A DNA stretch of 64,000 nucleotides, taken from Marsupella aquatica. Lineage: Eukaryota; Plantae; Marchantiophyta. The notes beneath the pieces are model-generated. The model was not told where the DNA came from, ran no database searches, and saw only the letters and a list, made by a program, of their open reading frames with translations. Of the stretch, positions 12,722-26,514 are shown piece after piece. The stretch lies in the NCBI GenBank assembly GCA_973895155.1, contig OZ316894.1:14007580-14071579 (forward strand). Direction: 5' to 3'. The position numbers were made by a program, and so were the translations under genes. Positions within the stretch are counted from its first letter, which is position 1, and each line of letters starts with the position of its first letter.

Positions 12722-13594
12722 CACATGCCCTCGCTGTCTTTGTACGCACTAGGAAATACTGTCTATCGTACAACAAGCCGTATACAATTGCAATGCGGCA
12801 GCAATAAATAAGGAACAAACGCAACTTCAGGCAAGCAAAGGATCGATGTTTCCCTGAGGGGAAACTCACATTGACATCCCCAAAATTGATAACTCAAGGA
12901 TTAAGAAGACATAGCAAAGAGCTTAAGGAGCTTAAGGCTATGACCAACAACATAGAAAATGACATTGTTACACACTCGAATGGCAAAAAAATAATGAAAC
13001 CTATGCTATAACGTAGTGCTTACCGACATGCATGAGAGATCGCTGGATTGTTCACCCGACAGATCTATAGAGGACAAAGACACATCCGACACTCTGATTT
13101 GAAGTCTCAATCAGGAAACTGTCACCTCTTCCAACCATGAAACCTCCAACTCTCAACAATTAGTGAAATGATCATGCAATAGTCAACAACAATTTAATCT
13201 CTCATCACGATCCAACACAACAAATGCCTCACCACTGCCCAGGCAACCAAACGTCAATTGAAACACAAAGCTCTGATACCGCTTGTAAGAAATTGTCAGC
13301 TCCAGATTAGACAGCAATGCAAAACATTATAACACTCAATCTCACACTACACCAACAAGACACCACGATGGAGAAACTCCTGAAGGATCCATAGCCCATG
13401 AGACACTACATGTGAAGAATGAGGGAGAGAATGCTCTCCCTCCAACCTATACCCCCAAGGGGGGGCCAAGATGTGTGGGCCTAAATTAACTAAGCGGATA
13501 TTATCCTAATGTAATCCCCGATGTAATCCAAGGTTAACCAAACCTAGTAAGGCCAAACTAACTAGAAGCTGGAAACTCGAGTCAATTCCTAACA
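12722..13594 (-). mobile_element. Truncated LTR retrotransposon remnant (LTR ~13284-13594 plus PBS)
   Basis: gctctgatacc at 13270-13280 (reverse complement of the tRNA-iMet PBS) abuts a TG..CA segment 13284-13594. Copia-protease-like GDVNVSFPSG..LPEVAFVPYL near 12.8 kb. A related LTR-like sequence recurs at ~23375-23492. Confidence 0.55.
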
Positions 13595-13649
13595 GATCTT
13601 ATCCTAAATTAATCTAGTGTTACTAATCCTGGTTCCAAACTAACTACAA

Positions 13650-15500
13650 TTAAGAGCACATGGCCAATTCCTGATAAAGCTCTCATTAGGATGCCTTACT
13701 TACCATGATGCACACAATGGTGCCCCCAATGACACTTGAATACTTAGTATATTGGAGGATGAGTTGTGGACCTCCACATGAAACGCCCTTGTAAAGCTTG
13801 CTCCCTCTTCTGAGATACAGCTCACCCCTTACTATGAATAAGCTACTACCAATGACCTCCTTCACTAGGTGCAACAACTCCCATACAAACCGACACTTAT
13901 CCCTCCAAGCTATAAGGCTTCAACTCCACCTCAACAATGGCCCGCAAATGCATATGGATCCCAAAGGTAAATACCCTACTCAAGGTACCAAGGGACAACT
14001 GAACCATTGATTTTTTTCAAACTCAACACTGTTAGTAAGCTGGTTAGGGAATTTCTCCTCCCAGAGTGTAATAGTCTTGCCATAAGTAGCGGGATAAGTA
14101 GAAACAAAGGGTTGACACTCATTGCTCATCCAAAGCAACTCTACCAAGCCTTCCCTTGTTTCCCCACTTTCTATTTGCCAGTGGCTGATTGTCTTGCCTC
14201 TAGAATACGCTCATGGCCCTAAGAAACTAGCTTGTCCCAAGGCGTCAGTTCCCAACTCTAGAGTCCATCCCAATGGGTCCAACTGAAACCGGATCACTAG
14301 GGCGTGACAACTCAACAACACCTTGTCTACTTGCATTGGCCTCTCCAATTTGGAGCCCCCTTGGAGACTCAACAAAGCCTGGCTGCTATTTCAACAGGAT
14401 CAGCAAGAGGATTCAAATTCCCTGGAAACCGTGAGGACCAAAGTCACCCCAGGGCCCAACGTACTGAGATCATGAGAGGTCTTATTCTTGAGAGCTTTCC
14501 AACAAGCCCAAAAAGTACCCCAATGGACTTTTGGTGGATAATTATTGGGCCATTTCTATATGGTCTTTTCCTTTGTTAGCGCAATTGCTGCACCCTATGC
14601 CTTGGGCTTGCCCCTTAGTCACTAGAGGGGACATGACTCCCCTCATATATGCTTCTGTATACATGTCACCTTTGGACTAACTTTGGTCCCTTATTTTTGG
14701 CCTCCAACCTTATGCCCAAACGTCCAACCAAAAGGCTCCGATGAATGCAACAGTAGCCCGGGTGCACTTGTGGTCTTGGTTCGTCCAATAACATCTGTGC
14801 TAAAAATTATGCCCACGACACCATTCTGGTCCATGCGTGCCGATCTGTGCGCCAGTCAATGCATAGACCTCCCACCTTTGTACTTCAATCTTGCTCCAAT
14901 CATAACTTGATATCTATGTCTGTTGAGGACGTGCCTCATATGGTTGTGGCCGGGCTTAACTTGTACAGTACTGCTATGGGGCTTGCGTTCCTGATACTTT
15001 CCTTTTCCAATGTGTACACGTGCTCCGATGATACCAATATGCAAACATATGCTTCCTTTAGCAAATTCAAGCTTTCGCATTGTCTTGATGGTCTGAACAC
15101 AACCATGTGCTCAAAATCAAATTTTGAGCTCCCTAGGTTTAGTGAATCCCTTACTTTGGATTCTAATAAGGGTCTTGCCACAAGCCTATGCCTATGCTAA
15201 ACCCAACAGCCCTGCTTGTCCCATTTATTCTCATCATGGCCTCCTCATCCTCAGCCGAATCTCGGACAGCCAATCCAATAGCAAACCTTAGAGGGACCCA
15301 AGCCGGAGTGGATATGAGTAGGTGCAGTCATGTCTGCAACTAAATGTAATTATTTGCACTAATCTAACTAGTAAAGTGTTGGCAGATCCATGCTTCATGC
15401 ATGGAGTCTAAAGTGAGCCTCTAGATAATAATCCTGGGTGAGGAAATGAGGAAGGGGGTGAGGGCTGTTAACGGGTGTTGTAGAGAGGTTTATTCCAACT
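13650..15500 (-). mobile_element. Degenerate Gypsy-like pol remnant
   Basis: LFIVRGELYLRRG....ILQYTKYSSVIGG resembles the region preceding the Gypsy integrase HHCC domain; heavily decayed. Confidence 0.35.
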
Positions 15501-16579
15501 ATTAACATGCAAAGACATGGCCCGTCGGGCTAGTTTGATGGATCACAGTTCACCATAAACTTAAAGTTTCTAATGATAAAATGTATTCACCAAGTTCACA
15601 TGGATCTATGATGGAATATTCTTTAATTTTTCTTTTGTTTTCTAGTCCCCACTTTATAATTTGTCCCTCAGATAATTCATAAATCATTTCTTTTGTCATA
15701 AAGATTGAAATGTCTAGACCATGTCACTAGTAGAGGAGCAATCTTTTTGCTTGGAAGGCAGTGAGTTCAAATTGAAGGAATTCAACCTTGAGTAAATGAA
15801 CCATGACCGAAATCATGTACATTTGGGTTTGGAAGAAGGCTAATTAAGATGTTTGGGAAGCAAAATTTGGAGCAAAGCTTGAAGACGAGAACAGAGAATT
15901 GGAAAGGAATTTGGGAAAGTGAATACTTAATAGGTTTAGAGGCGATTGATTCAGGACTAAGTACCCAAAGCTTGGGGAATAAATAATATTGCCCCCTTAA
16001 GAATAATAGCCCTAATACCAGTGCACAGGAAGGGCTCCCCATACTCATTCTTTCCATGCCTTCTCTGCTCATAGGCATAACCTAAATTTAAAAATTAGTT
16101 TGAGTACCACTTGGTTGTATAAGTTTGATGTTCTTCAACAAGTTAGAACCTGAAAAATCCATTTGGGGTGAAACTTAACATCACATTGAACTTTACCATG
16201 TGACAATGCTGGCTGGGGCCTGTTTTCAGGCCCCATCACTAAAATAGTTCAGCCAATGATTCAAATTGGGAAGTAACCATGTGTCACCTAAAGGACAGTT
16301 AGGGTGAAACTTGAATGAGACATACAGGGTATAATGGAGGTAGTAAGAACTTTATGGCTCACTACCGATACACATTCCCATGTACCCTAACCTCTCTAAC
16401 GTGACTGTAGGTACCTTCAAATTTCATTGGTAATAGGCTCTTCATCTGACATGCCAAAGGATATGGAAATAGGCTAAATTATCACAGCAAGTTCCTCAAC
16501 GTTTTGTCTTCAAATATTGATGATCGCGTTTTTAAGTTTAACTCACAAGGCAGAAGCCTTCTGTACAATTGCAAAGGTT

Positions 16580-18943
16580 CTACAACGAAAAAGTAGGATT
16601 CGGTATCATGGACCGCCTCCAAGCCCAGTACTGAGCTCTAATAACATCCATCTCCTCCAGGCGTGTGCATACGAGTCTTGCAAGTTCACCAGGTGATGAC
16701 CACGAACCAAGAACATTGTCTAGGGCACTACAATCAATTTGAGAGGGTTCCAAGCCAAAACCCAAGAGATCTAGGAGGAGATTCAGCGCATGGACACTAC
16801 CCTTGTCATCCGCAATCTGTTGCAAACAGAAATTGAGGACATCTACCCGGGCTGCAAGCACTTCTTTCTTGTCTTGAAAAAGTCCTCTCAAATATCTCCA
16901 AGGGCTTTCATTTGATGGGGCAGGTCCAATGGCCTTCAAGCAATAGGTCACTTCGGATTCCAACATATGTTTCAGCCCTCCACGTGAAGGATCTCTTGTT
17001 ATGACAAAATATCTCTGCAATTTAAACCAAAAAGGTTAAATCAAATGCTTGAGGGATCCCAGACACTAGCGAACAACTCTACCTCAACTAGATGCTGACA
17101 GCCCCTGTAAGATGTCAGTCATGCTAATTCGACAAGGGACCTGACCGTAATACATTCTAGAGGTCAATTTTCATAGAAGATCACACCAACAAACTTCATT
17201 GTATGGCTGAACCGTAGCGTCTCAATGAGGTAACAGAATTGCTCCATAAGTACGTTATCATAGCATTTCCATTTCTAACAGGCACAACTTCTACTGTTAC
17301 CACCTTCTCATGTCCATGATGCATAATTCTAAACTTGACTGCCGCATGTCAGGGGCCGGTGAAGGGTTCTACAATAGTATGCCTTTCCCTTGGATCTGTG
17401 ACTTAGAAACTACAGAAACACTAGTTATGAGTAAAATTCAATTCAAGCATTGCATGTTTGAAGTTATGGCATCCAAAAGGATCAGATTACGCAATCCATG
17501 AAAGAGGCAATTCAAAAGATGAGGTACACGGCATCGCTCCAACGACACACCTGATTCCAGGCTGAATTATTTAAAGGGTCGACCTCAATAAGTTGGGTAC
17601 AGTAATTCAGCTCCCCTTCCCAACCTCCCAAGGATAACAGAACCCACTGCAAAATGAGCAGGTAAGGCAAACGAATCCATGCTTTGTGAGTGTATGTATC
17701 GAGGGGGAAATTGAAATCACAATTTCCATGTTTGTTTCCTTCAGCTACAAAAGGCTCCAGTGTGTTCTGTGCTGAGAACGTTGCTACTCCGCTTCCCATT
17801 TCTTAGGAAAACAGTGACAGTAATTTGAAAAAACAAACTAGTCCATTGTCATTAAAGAACCACCAGTTCAGTGATCCTCGATACGGCAGGCCTCTTAACA
17901 ATAGCATCGTCAAGACTGTTGCCATTGATTTGAGACTAGCGTCTGGACAAAACAGGGTCAGATCAAACTGCATCAAAGAGAAGATTCGATGTCAGAAGTT
18001 TTTGCTTCACCTGTCGATGTGACCATGCATGATAGTTCTTAGCATCATCTTTCAGAACCACTTCTGTGAAGAGTAATTCATCCGATACCGCTATAAAACC
18101 TCGCCTCTGTGCAACCCATCGCCTGTGCTGCCTACAGCATACACATGGTCTGTAAGCTTCACATCCTTTGAAGGATAGATTTTTGGCCTTACAAGCCCCA
18201 CGTTGAGCATATATGGTGAACGGTCAAATGAAGGCATTCAAATTATTGAAACTACAGCATAAAACCAAGATCAACAGCACATCAAGCTCATGTCTGGTGC
18301 ACCAAAGCCAGCAAAAAGTCAAGGCCACATGACACAGCGCGCTATACCAGAACTGATAGTTTTTGTAGTTTAAATCAGCAATCTTTTTCAAAAATGCCAA
18401 CTCCTCCTCTACGTCCACGTCGAGTGCCTCAAGAATAAGTCTCCTGAAATGCCAGACCTAGACAAATTGCACAACTTTAAAATGTTATCATTTTCAGACC
18501 ACTATTACGTCTATGAAAAGACGAGAATCCACCCTCAACGCTACAAGTAGAAAGAAAAGTAAGCTGACTTGGGGAAAACATATTGGTGAAAATTGGAATT
18601 GAACAAAGAACGCACAACAGAGTTCGCCATGACGATGCTTGTTACAAAATACAAACAAGCTCCAGAGCAAGCACACATTCATATGCAAATTCGCAAGCAC
18701 GCACTTCGAGGACAGTACCGTGTAATTTGCAGAATTGAGGCCGATGACTTCGGATGTAAGGTCCAAGGCACGAGGACTACGCTCATCCACTGCGAGTACC
18801 GCTCGAAAGTAATCCATGGAATCTCGAAACTGCTTTGTATAAGAGATGGGCACGACTGGATGCGGCCCATCATCTTGTGGAAGGGGCATAACATCGCTCC
18901 ACTCGGGCCTTTCGCTGAAGGCCAACCATTCGCCTTTCACCAT
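16580..18943 (-). CDS. FTA: Protein farnesyltransferase/geranylgeranyltransferase-I alpha subunit (PLURIPETALA-like), 328 aa
   Basis: Exons 18943-18719, 18457-18348, 18131-18011, 17646-17551 and 17014-16580, all GT-AG, 987 nt in frame. Motifs [76 protein letters not shown] (PPTA repeats). Confidence 0.96.
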
Positions 18944-19079
18944 TTTCGCTAGAAACTAAAACAATCAATCAATTCTCTCAACTCAACCATGCCCTAATCA
19001 CGTGGACGTCGTAGATGATAAGCTCGACAAAATCACGGATGAAGCACACTAAAATTTCAACTGACCATACTTCCTGTCT

Positions 19080-19617
19080 CTACGAAATGTCAGATCGCCG
19101 AGAACGAGGCGCTGCAAATTTCCAGGCATCAGCATCTAGCAATTTCTCCTCTTTGCGCAGAGCGGCAATCACATCTTCCATCAATGCTGCAAGAGTTATG
19201 CCACAAGGGATGAGCAAAATTTTCATAAGCAAGCTCTAAAAATGCAATTTCTTTATGAAAAGAGTAGGGATAAGAGACTTTCACTGGTGCAAAACATCGA
19301 ATGATTGGCCCAGCGACGACGAGAAGAGAAAAAGCCATGACACAAGGACTTCGAAACGAGTGTCGCGAGAACGACGCCCTTCCCACAAATTCCCGCCAAT
19401 ATCTCTACCGGTAAGATCTATGGACACGTTACATACCTTGTTCCGTTTCGGCCTTTTTGTCAGCACAGAAAGTCAACTCGTCTGCCAACTGCGGGAAATG
19501 AGAGTCGTCAAAGACTTGCGATGAAGGAGAAACTTGCTGCCCACCCTGGCTGGCGACACTGCTCGAGGACACTGCGCCAGATGCTCTTGGTGGCGCCCAT
19601 GGGCCCGAGGATTGCAT
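19080..19617 (-). CDS. SAMBA: SAMBA-like plant-specific APC/C regulator, 95 aa, 2 exons
   Basis: Exon1 19617-19437 (accATG context) + GT-AG intron + exon2 19186-19080 gives MQSSGPW..SSSSVASQGG..FDDSHFPQLADELTFCADKKAETEQALMEDVIAALRKEEKLLDADAWKFAAPRSRRSDIS*. This matches the recalled SAMBA pattern DDFHFP...RKDEAM..LK.DLM.EL.KEVKSL.EDSWMFEGPRSRI.LIS. Confidence 0.85.
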
Positions 19618-22352
19618 GGTTCACGTTCCGCCTTCCGCTTTCGCTACTTTCCTCGGGGTTTATGTTACCATACGTATCCTTCTTACTGGGGCTCCAACCA
19701 CGGCGAGAGCATACTTCGTGCACAAAAACGAGGATTGTCGGCGCAAAGCCCCACCGAGGCATGACAGCAGAACTCATCGATCGTCTTAGTCACGCCGTTC
19801 ATTTCAACCCTCTTTGATCGACCCGGTATTAGTACAAAATCATTGCTAAAACCCTTGCCTAACTTACTAAATCCGTATTAGCCAGGATTATTCGTGAAGA
19901 TCAACAGGTTTCATCCTCGCCTCTGTATAGGCACTAACATGCTTTCCTTCATATCCAGGAGGTACAGCAAAATCTAAAGTGAGAATAACACAGGTAGCCC
20001 ATGTTTCATCCCTCAATTGTATATCTTTACTAGAGTGGTATAATTGCCTTCCATAGCAAAGAAAAACTAAACAATGAGAACACAAAAGGTTACTCTATGC
20101 TCTACTGGCAAATATCAAGAAAACCTACTACAACAGTAATCACACCAATTTGCATGAAACAAGCTTCATTTTGAACCATACTTCATTGCATGGTGCACCA
20201 TCCTCCATCACGTACCTTATTTAAGATAATGTTTGATGGCTTCCAATAATCCACTAGACAATCTTGAATTGGGCCTTAGTGTCAATACCTATCACCTATG
20301 TCTTTGCAAATTGCAGCCCAATCACCTTTCTCCCTACAGTTGAACTATGCAATGCTCACAGAACCAACAAAACCCCACCTCTATCTTCCAAGAGGTTGGA
20401 GAACTTTCTCCACTTCAAAACAATAGACTACAACAACAAAACAACCTAACTCTCCACAAGGACTCCCTCCCTATGAGAGTGCAACTTTTACTAATATGCT
20501 TCAAATAGGGTAGTTAAGAAAAACCTGCAAGCAAGCCCCTACTAAAAGCTCACAACTAGAGGCACCAAGGCTTCATAAGGAACCGTCAATATGATGCCAA
20601 GGTGTACTGCCCGGACCAGGGAGAACCTGAAGTCACACCACAAATTCTAGTTGATCTTATATTCCGACAACAAACCAATAGGTCACTGAGAAAACCCTAT
20701 TGGGTACCCCATAAGTTCTGTTATTGTTATACTGCTATTCTTACCATCAATTGGTTTGTAGAATGGAACTAGGGGCTGAGCCCATAGGTCCCAACTACAA
20801 CACGATCTCAAGCATAAGACTTTAGCAGCTCCCCTAGTCAAAAATCACTTCCCAGCTCTAGAAATTAGAGTGTCACTCCCAAGGGTAACTCTGGCCAATA
20901 GAACACCAAAGATGAATAGCAAAACACACCACAGAAAGCATATCAAACATCCAGGAAATCAACCGGCTTGAGCACAAGGTAACATCCAGGTACTCGATCC
21001 CTCTAAAGCTCAGTTCTCATGCCAACTACAAATTAAATTGAATTCATAGCAAAGAATGATGTAAGAAGAAGATACTTTATGTAACATCATAAATTTCCTG
21101 GTACAAATGGAACCTTTGTCCAAGGTCTTCTCCTCACTTCTCTACAACTATCCAACTCTAGGATCATATGCTTGTTGATCTTAGTTTCCACTCCATGCGG
21201 GTAAAGTTTTTGCTAAGCAACAAGGCATCTGTCCCTAACCACAAGAAACTACAATCCTTAAATACTTTTCAGCCACTCCAATCCATTCCAATCCAAACCT
21301 CACCATGGGCTGAGTGCTTCCCTCTCAATGTAGCTCCTAATCAAGCCTCTCACCTCCATTCAAACTTTGGTCCAGTAATTCAAATCAATTGTCCACTACA
21401 ATCTAGTTGATGATTGCTCTTGGTCTACTACTGTACATCAATTGCAAAAATTTCATCCCCCCCATCCTCCAAGGATCAACAGTAGCTCACCTTCTTTCAC
21501 AATCAATCAACATAATTCACCTTGAAGGTTTTCTTCACACAAGAGAAGTCTTCCTCCACCATAACACTCTCCACGTGTTTCAAGAACTTCAAACAAACTC
21601 GTAGCAATTTGCGTAGAAAAATCACTAATAGACCCCCTCCCAACATCTAATTTTTCTCTCATCAATTGGACCTTGGTTGGTGCTCATACTTTGCCAGAAT
21701 GTGCGCCTACTTTCCTTATACCTTCATGCCAAATTTCAGCCAATTTGGTCAAGCAAATGTTACTCTAGAAAATATTTACCGATGTTGATTTTCTCTATTT
21801 ATCATTTCTACGATTTTCAGTTTCGGCGACTTGCGATTGGAACCCCTAACTTCATGTCGATCTTCCTTCCAAAATACCACCTTCTTCCTCATGTGCTTCA
21901 CAATTCCAACTAATCACAATCAACATCTTTCCACCAATCAATGGATCATAGCCACATTCATGTGATTGAATGTGTGGAATAAGACTTGCAACAAAAGATA
22001 AAAAGTTACATACCCCCCTTTATCATCTTATTTTTCTCTCACCAACCAAACTTTAGTTGGTGCTTATACTTTGCCAAAAGGTGCGCCTACTTCCCCCCTA
22101 ACTCCACAAAAAATTTCAGCCAAAACGATCAAGCGAATGTGGCACTAGAAAATATTTGGTGTTGCTGAGTTTTCCTACCATTCATTTTTCATGAATTTCA
22201 ACTTTGACAACTTGTAATTTGACGTTATCTCTCCAATTTGACTTATTTTTCCAGGCCACGATTGCTTCACTTTGTTTCGTGCAACTGATGACCACCTAAT
22301 CCACTATATTTCATCAATCAATTGTTGATGGAGTTTTCATTCCTACCTAATT

Positions 22353-22639
22353 CTCGGGGGGTTGACTATCAACAATCTTAGGAACCACATGTGATCCAAA
22401 ATATGTATTTTTCATATAAATTAGCTAAATTTTTAAAAAGCGTAAGAAGCAAAAGAAGATATTATAAACCTATATTTATAGAATATTCTCTAATATATAC
22501 CTTTTATAAAGTAAAATAGGTCATTAGTATTGAAAATAGAGAATATTTTTAGAATATTCCCATTATAAAATAGGTGTGTTTATATTAGGCTAGGATCGCA
22601 CGTGGTACCCCAAAATATACACTAAGTTAACCCCCCGAG
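22353..22639. mobile_element. 287-bp MITE with 8-bp TSD ACCTAATT
   Basis: TIRs ctcggggggttgact / agttaaccccccgag; acctaatt at 22345-22352 and 22640-22647; AT-rich core with internal inverted agaatattc motifs. Confidence 0.85.
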
Positions 22640-23999
22640 ACCTAATTCCATGCCTCAATCAGGTTGATCACCGACTAGGGCCTAAAGCTTTGAGTTTTCT
22701 GGTGAAAAATGTTGAAAAGTAGTCTTGGCTGTCTAAAGTCATCAGGATGTTGACGTCCCTAGTTGGGGCCGTCCAAGCCATCCAGTCGGGAATTGACGTC
22801 CAAGTTGTCAAAACTCTCAAAGTGTCTCCCAAAACTATTTTTAACTCTTTGAAAGTGCTGAAATTTTTCCAGCTCCTTCTACTACATATAATCTCCACTC
22901 TGGCAAATTTTCAGACTTTTTTGACTAATCCAAGTCTACCAATAAAATACTGGAAAATGTCAATTTAGTCTAAAGTTGCAAAAACAAAAAACTATTCTAA
23001 GTGTCAAAGAGCCAAAGTGTTAAAATGCAAAATAAAAATGACCTAACTTCCTAACGACATGTCCGTTTTTCCTGACATTTTTTTGGGTAGATTTCTCTAT
23101 CTAAAATCTATCTACTCACCAAAAATTCAGAGTTTTTCATGACCTACAAAGATTTGATTAAAATATCACAAAAGGCTACTCTACCTTAAAACTATCACTA
23201 TTAACTTCTCACTCAATCTTCTATGTTCAAAGTTGACCAAGGCTAACTACACTGAAATTACACACAAAGAGGTAACTATAAGTCTTAATAAGCTCAAAAA
23301 GTAACTAGCAGCCCTGTGTGACACATTTAAGGGGGCGCACAATAAGAGAGTAGACGTGAACAATGAGGAACATAATGTTCTCCCTCCAACCTATACCCCC
23401 TAGGGGGTCTGAGATGTGTGGAATCTAAGCGCATCTTATCTAAATATATATAACCAAGGGTTAACTAACCCTAGTAAGGTCAAACTAACTATATTTGTCT
23501 TCACCTTGACTCAGTTCACACAATGAGTTAGGGTATACACAATATGTAGCTAAGTGACATATTTACATAGTCTTTGATTTGGCCATAACATTAATCAAAT
23601 TCACACAATGTGTAAAGCTACCAGTACTAGGTAAAACTTTGGTAAACATGTTTGTTGCATTGTCCTCTGAAGCCACCTTCTCCAAAAACATTAAGGTATA
23701 ATATCCAGAATAAGTGTCTGGATGGCATCCAAAAAATAATAATGTCGAGCACTACTCAAAACTCAAAACTAGAAGCGATCATAGTTTACAAAACTCATGG
23801 AGAAAACATTTTCATTTACTCAAAACTTGAACATTTTGTCTACATGCTTTCCAATCCTAGTACAATAGAAAATTGTAGTCAACCTCATCCTAATCGAGGA
23901 ATCCTCACTAAAAGTATCCCTTCAAAACCCTAACCTAACCCAAAAACAAAACGCCAAAAGTTTGCCTCCTTTGATTCAAAATTACTTAGCAAAGCTCAG

Positions 24000-26509
24000 A
24001 TTGCATCCGTGAACTGAGTAGTGTTGGGCGCTACCCAAGAGTATGACCACAATGATATCCTAGGATCTCGGATCAAACAAAGATCCACATTCATCGTTGA
24101 GCCCTATCTTCTTGTGTTTCGCATTCTGTTGAAAGCCAAATGTTTGAGTTACATCATATCGCGCACTTGGAAGCCTTTGCAAGGATGCGACAAGGACTCT
24201 GGCACGTTTGTATCATGAAAATCTACACATTCGAGGAACTCAGCAGACCACATTTCAACCTCCCAGTAGATATTCTTTGAAGGATCTTTGGGAGTTGGAT
24301 AATGAACTGAGAATCGATCCTGACATGGCCTCGGCAGAGAATCAGGACGCCATGGAATGTTTTGGTCACCCGGGCTCATCCCCTCGTCCGCGGCCAAGAA
24401 AAGACAATTTAGAATATTAGACGTCTCGGTCACATGACTCTCGGTGACCACAATCGATGTCGATGATGCATAGGAAATTGTCTGCTTGACCATCACTAGA
24501 ACTTCTCTTTGGGCCACTCAACATTGTTGACATTGATCGACACCATGACACTCCATATCTTTTCACTGTGTTTGACTTCAATTGAACCACTCAACGCATA
24601 CGCGCACAACACAACCTTCAAGCGTAGGGTGGACTCTCCAAAACTCCACCAAAATGGAACAATTAGAATAAAACTCCTCTCGAAATCTCACTTGTATGTA
24701 TGCCTCATTCAAAGGATCATCACCGTTGGGTTTGAACAGTCGAACAACCACGCTTCACCTCACGGATGCAAACGGTCTAACGGGGACTCAAAGACCCGAC
24801 GGGTGCTAACGGTCACTTAATGGTAGTATTGGATGCTCTGCAAGGACAACAGGACCAGGTCAACCGCTATCAACATAACTGACAAAACTCCAATGGTAAC
24901 AACCATGCTCTCAGGACAAAACATTGGCTCACGCCCGACGCTATCAAAAACGTCAAAACAATCCATGAAATGTCATATTCCTTGAATGAAAAACTCCAAA
25001 ATACAAGTTATTTGGATAACGCCTGGCACTATCCAAAATATTGTCACCCAACAGAGGTCCCAAAAAGCAAAGAACCATTTAATCCACGTCTTGAAACGTC
25101 TTAGACACATTCATATTTGGCTAACACCTGGCGCTATTCAAATATCCAACATTCAAGAGAACTTCAAACTCACTTTTGAACCAAATAAACCGAAAAGATG
25201 GTTCTTTATTTATGTGTGGATTCTCAAAATTGCCACACAATGGAAATGAGAAGCAAATGGGGATTCTGATAACTGATCTATTCGGATGACTCTGTCTCAA
25301 CTCTTGGATCTATCGGTAGACTCCGCCTCGTTGTCCACAATTCACTTCAGCAAATGTCATCCACAAACTCGTTCACCAAAAACTTCCTATCAGAACCTCT
25401 CTTGAGTCATAGGCCTTTTGTTTCCCAAGACAATGTTCGACACCTCTATACTTTTCTGGCAGCTTTTTTAGCATAGGATGGTAGAATAAATGGTTGTTTG
25501 GGTGTCATCTCCATAGCTGTAGCAATTGTTTTCCAAAGGTCAAACCTTCTCCACATATTCCACTCCAACCTTAAAGTTTTCATAGATATTAAAAAAAATG
25601 CTAAAATAAAAATATCTTATTGAAAACAGCCATGGATTTGGAGTGAGCTTACGAGCATTACTCAGAAGACTCCTCATCCTCGGATTCAGATTCTGATCCC
25701 AAAGAATTTATTTTTTCTTCCTAGTTGTCTCCAAGATTGACGATTGAAACAACTTCCTTATCAGATGCCCCAACAACATCCAGCTCGCTTCCTTTAGAAT
25801 CAAAGTTTTAAATGGATCTAACTCTGTCCAATTTCTTTTTCCCTTTCCTTGACACTGTCTTCTCCAGAGTCAAAGCTGACTTTGGCTCCAGAAGGTCAAC
25901 TAGCGTACTTCTTGCAGCAGCGACAAACTCTCACCGCCCTTTGACCCCAATAACAAATCTACCACAATAGTCTCCAGCTACAAATGAACTTCCCGAACAA
26001 GTGGTCCAATCAATGACAATATCCCCTCGACAAGAGATGAGCTCTATAATAGACCACAAGGTCTGGCATTGGATCCGTTTTTAAAGACATAAGTCCTATC
26101 AAATTTGTAACCAAAGGATCTTTGCAGGGTGACAATGGACAAAGCTTGGGATCTTTTGGGATTGAAGTTTTGCTCAACACCTGACCAAATATATCCAACC
26201 GCGGCGTGAAGATCTACAAATAAAACAATAGTGAGGTCGTGGAAAACAATCTAAAGATACATATGGATAAATAATATTAGCGCTTGGTGCAGGCCAAAAT
26301 GGACATCAATTCTTACTTGAATATAAGACTTAGGTTTGTACATAGCAAAGCCCATGACCACTGTATGCAAAGCAATACAGTCAAAATTTTAACTTCAGAA
26401 CTGGCAAATTCCATTTGGGCACTTTTTTGTCCAAAAGAGATGGCCTCAATCTAGTTTGCAAATATAGAAAGCTGGCATCAACACCAAATGCCCCTCACTT
26501 TACCCCCTC
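24000..26509 (-). pseudogene. 3' half of decayed element gene: N6/N4 DNA-methyltransferase-like C-terminal motifs
   Basis: Minus frame ~26070-25880 reads IIELISCRGDIVIDWTTCSGSSFVAGDYCGRFVIGVKGR*EFVAAARSTL, resembling motif X-I (GD.VLDPF.GSGTT..AA...GR..IG.E) of beta-class amino-MTases. It would join 49155+ once the Copia is removed. Confidence 0.5.
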
Positions 26510-26514
26510 TAATT

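Noticed and set aside
15726-15735. Orphan cactagtaga matching the CACTA TIR start
   Set aside because: Only 10 bp, with no partner TIR, TSD or subterminal motifs found.
19129-19817. Overlapping ORFs 19129-19386(-), 19255-19524(+), 19521-19817(+), 19508-19777(-)
   Set aside because: Shadow frames of the GC-rich SAMBA exons and promoter; no recognisable motifs.
20100-23950. Possible coding or retroelement internal region
   Set aside because: Too decayed to assign; only the MITE and an LTR-like fragment are supportable.
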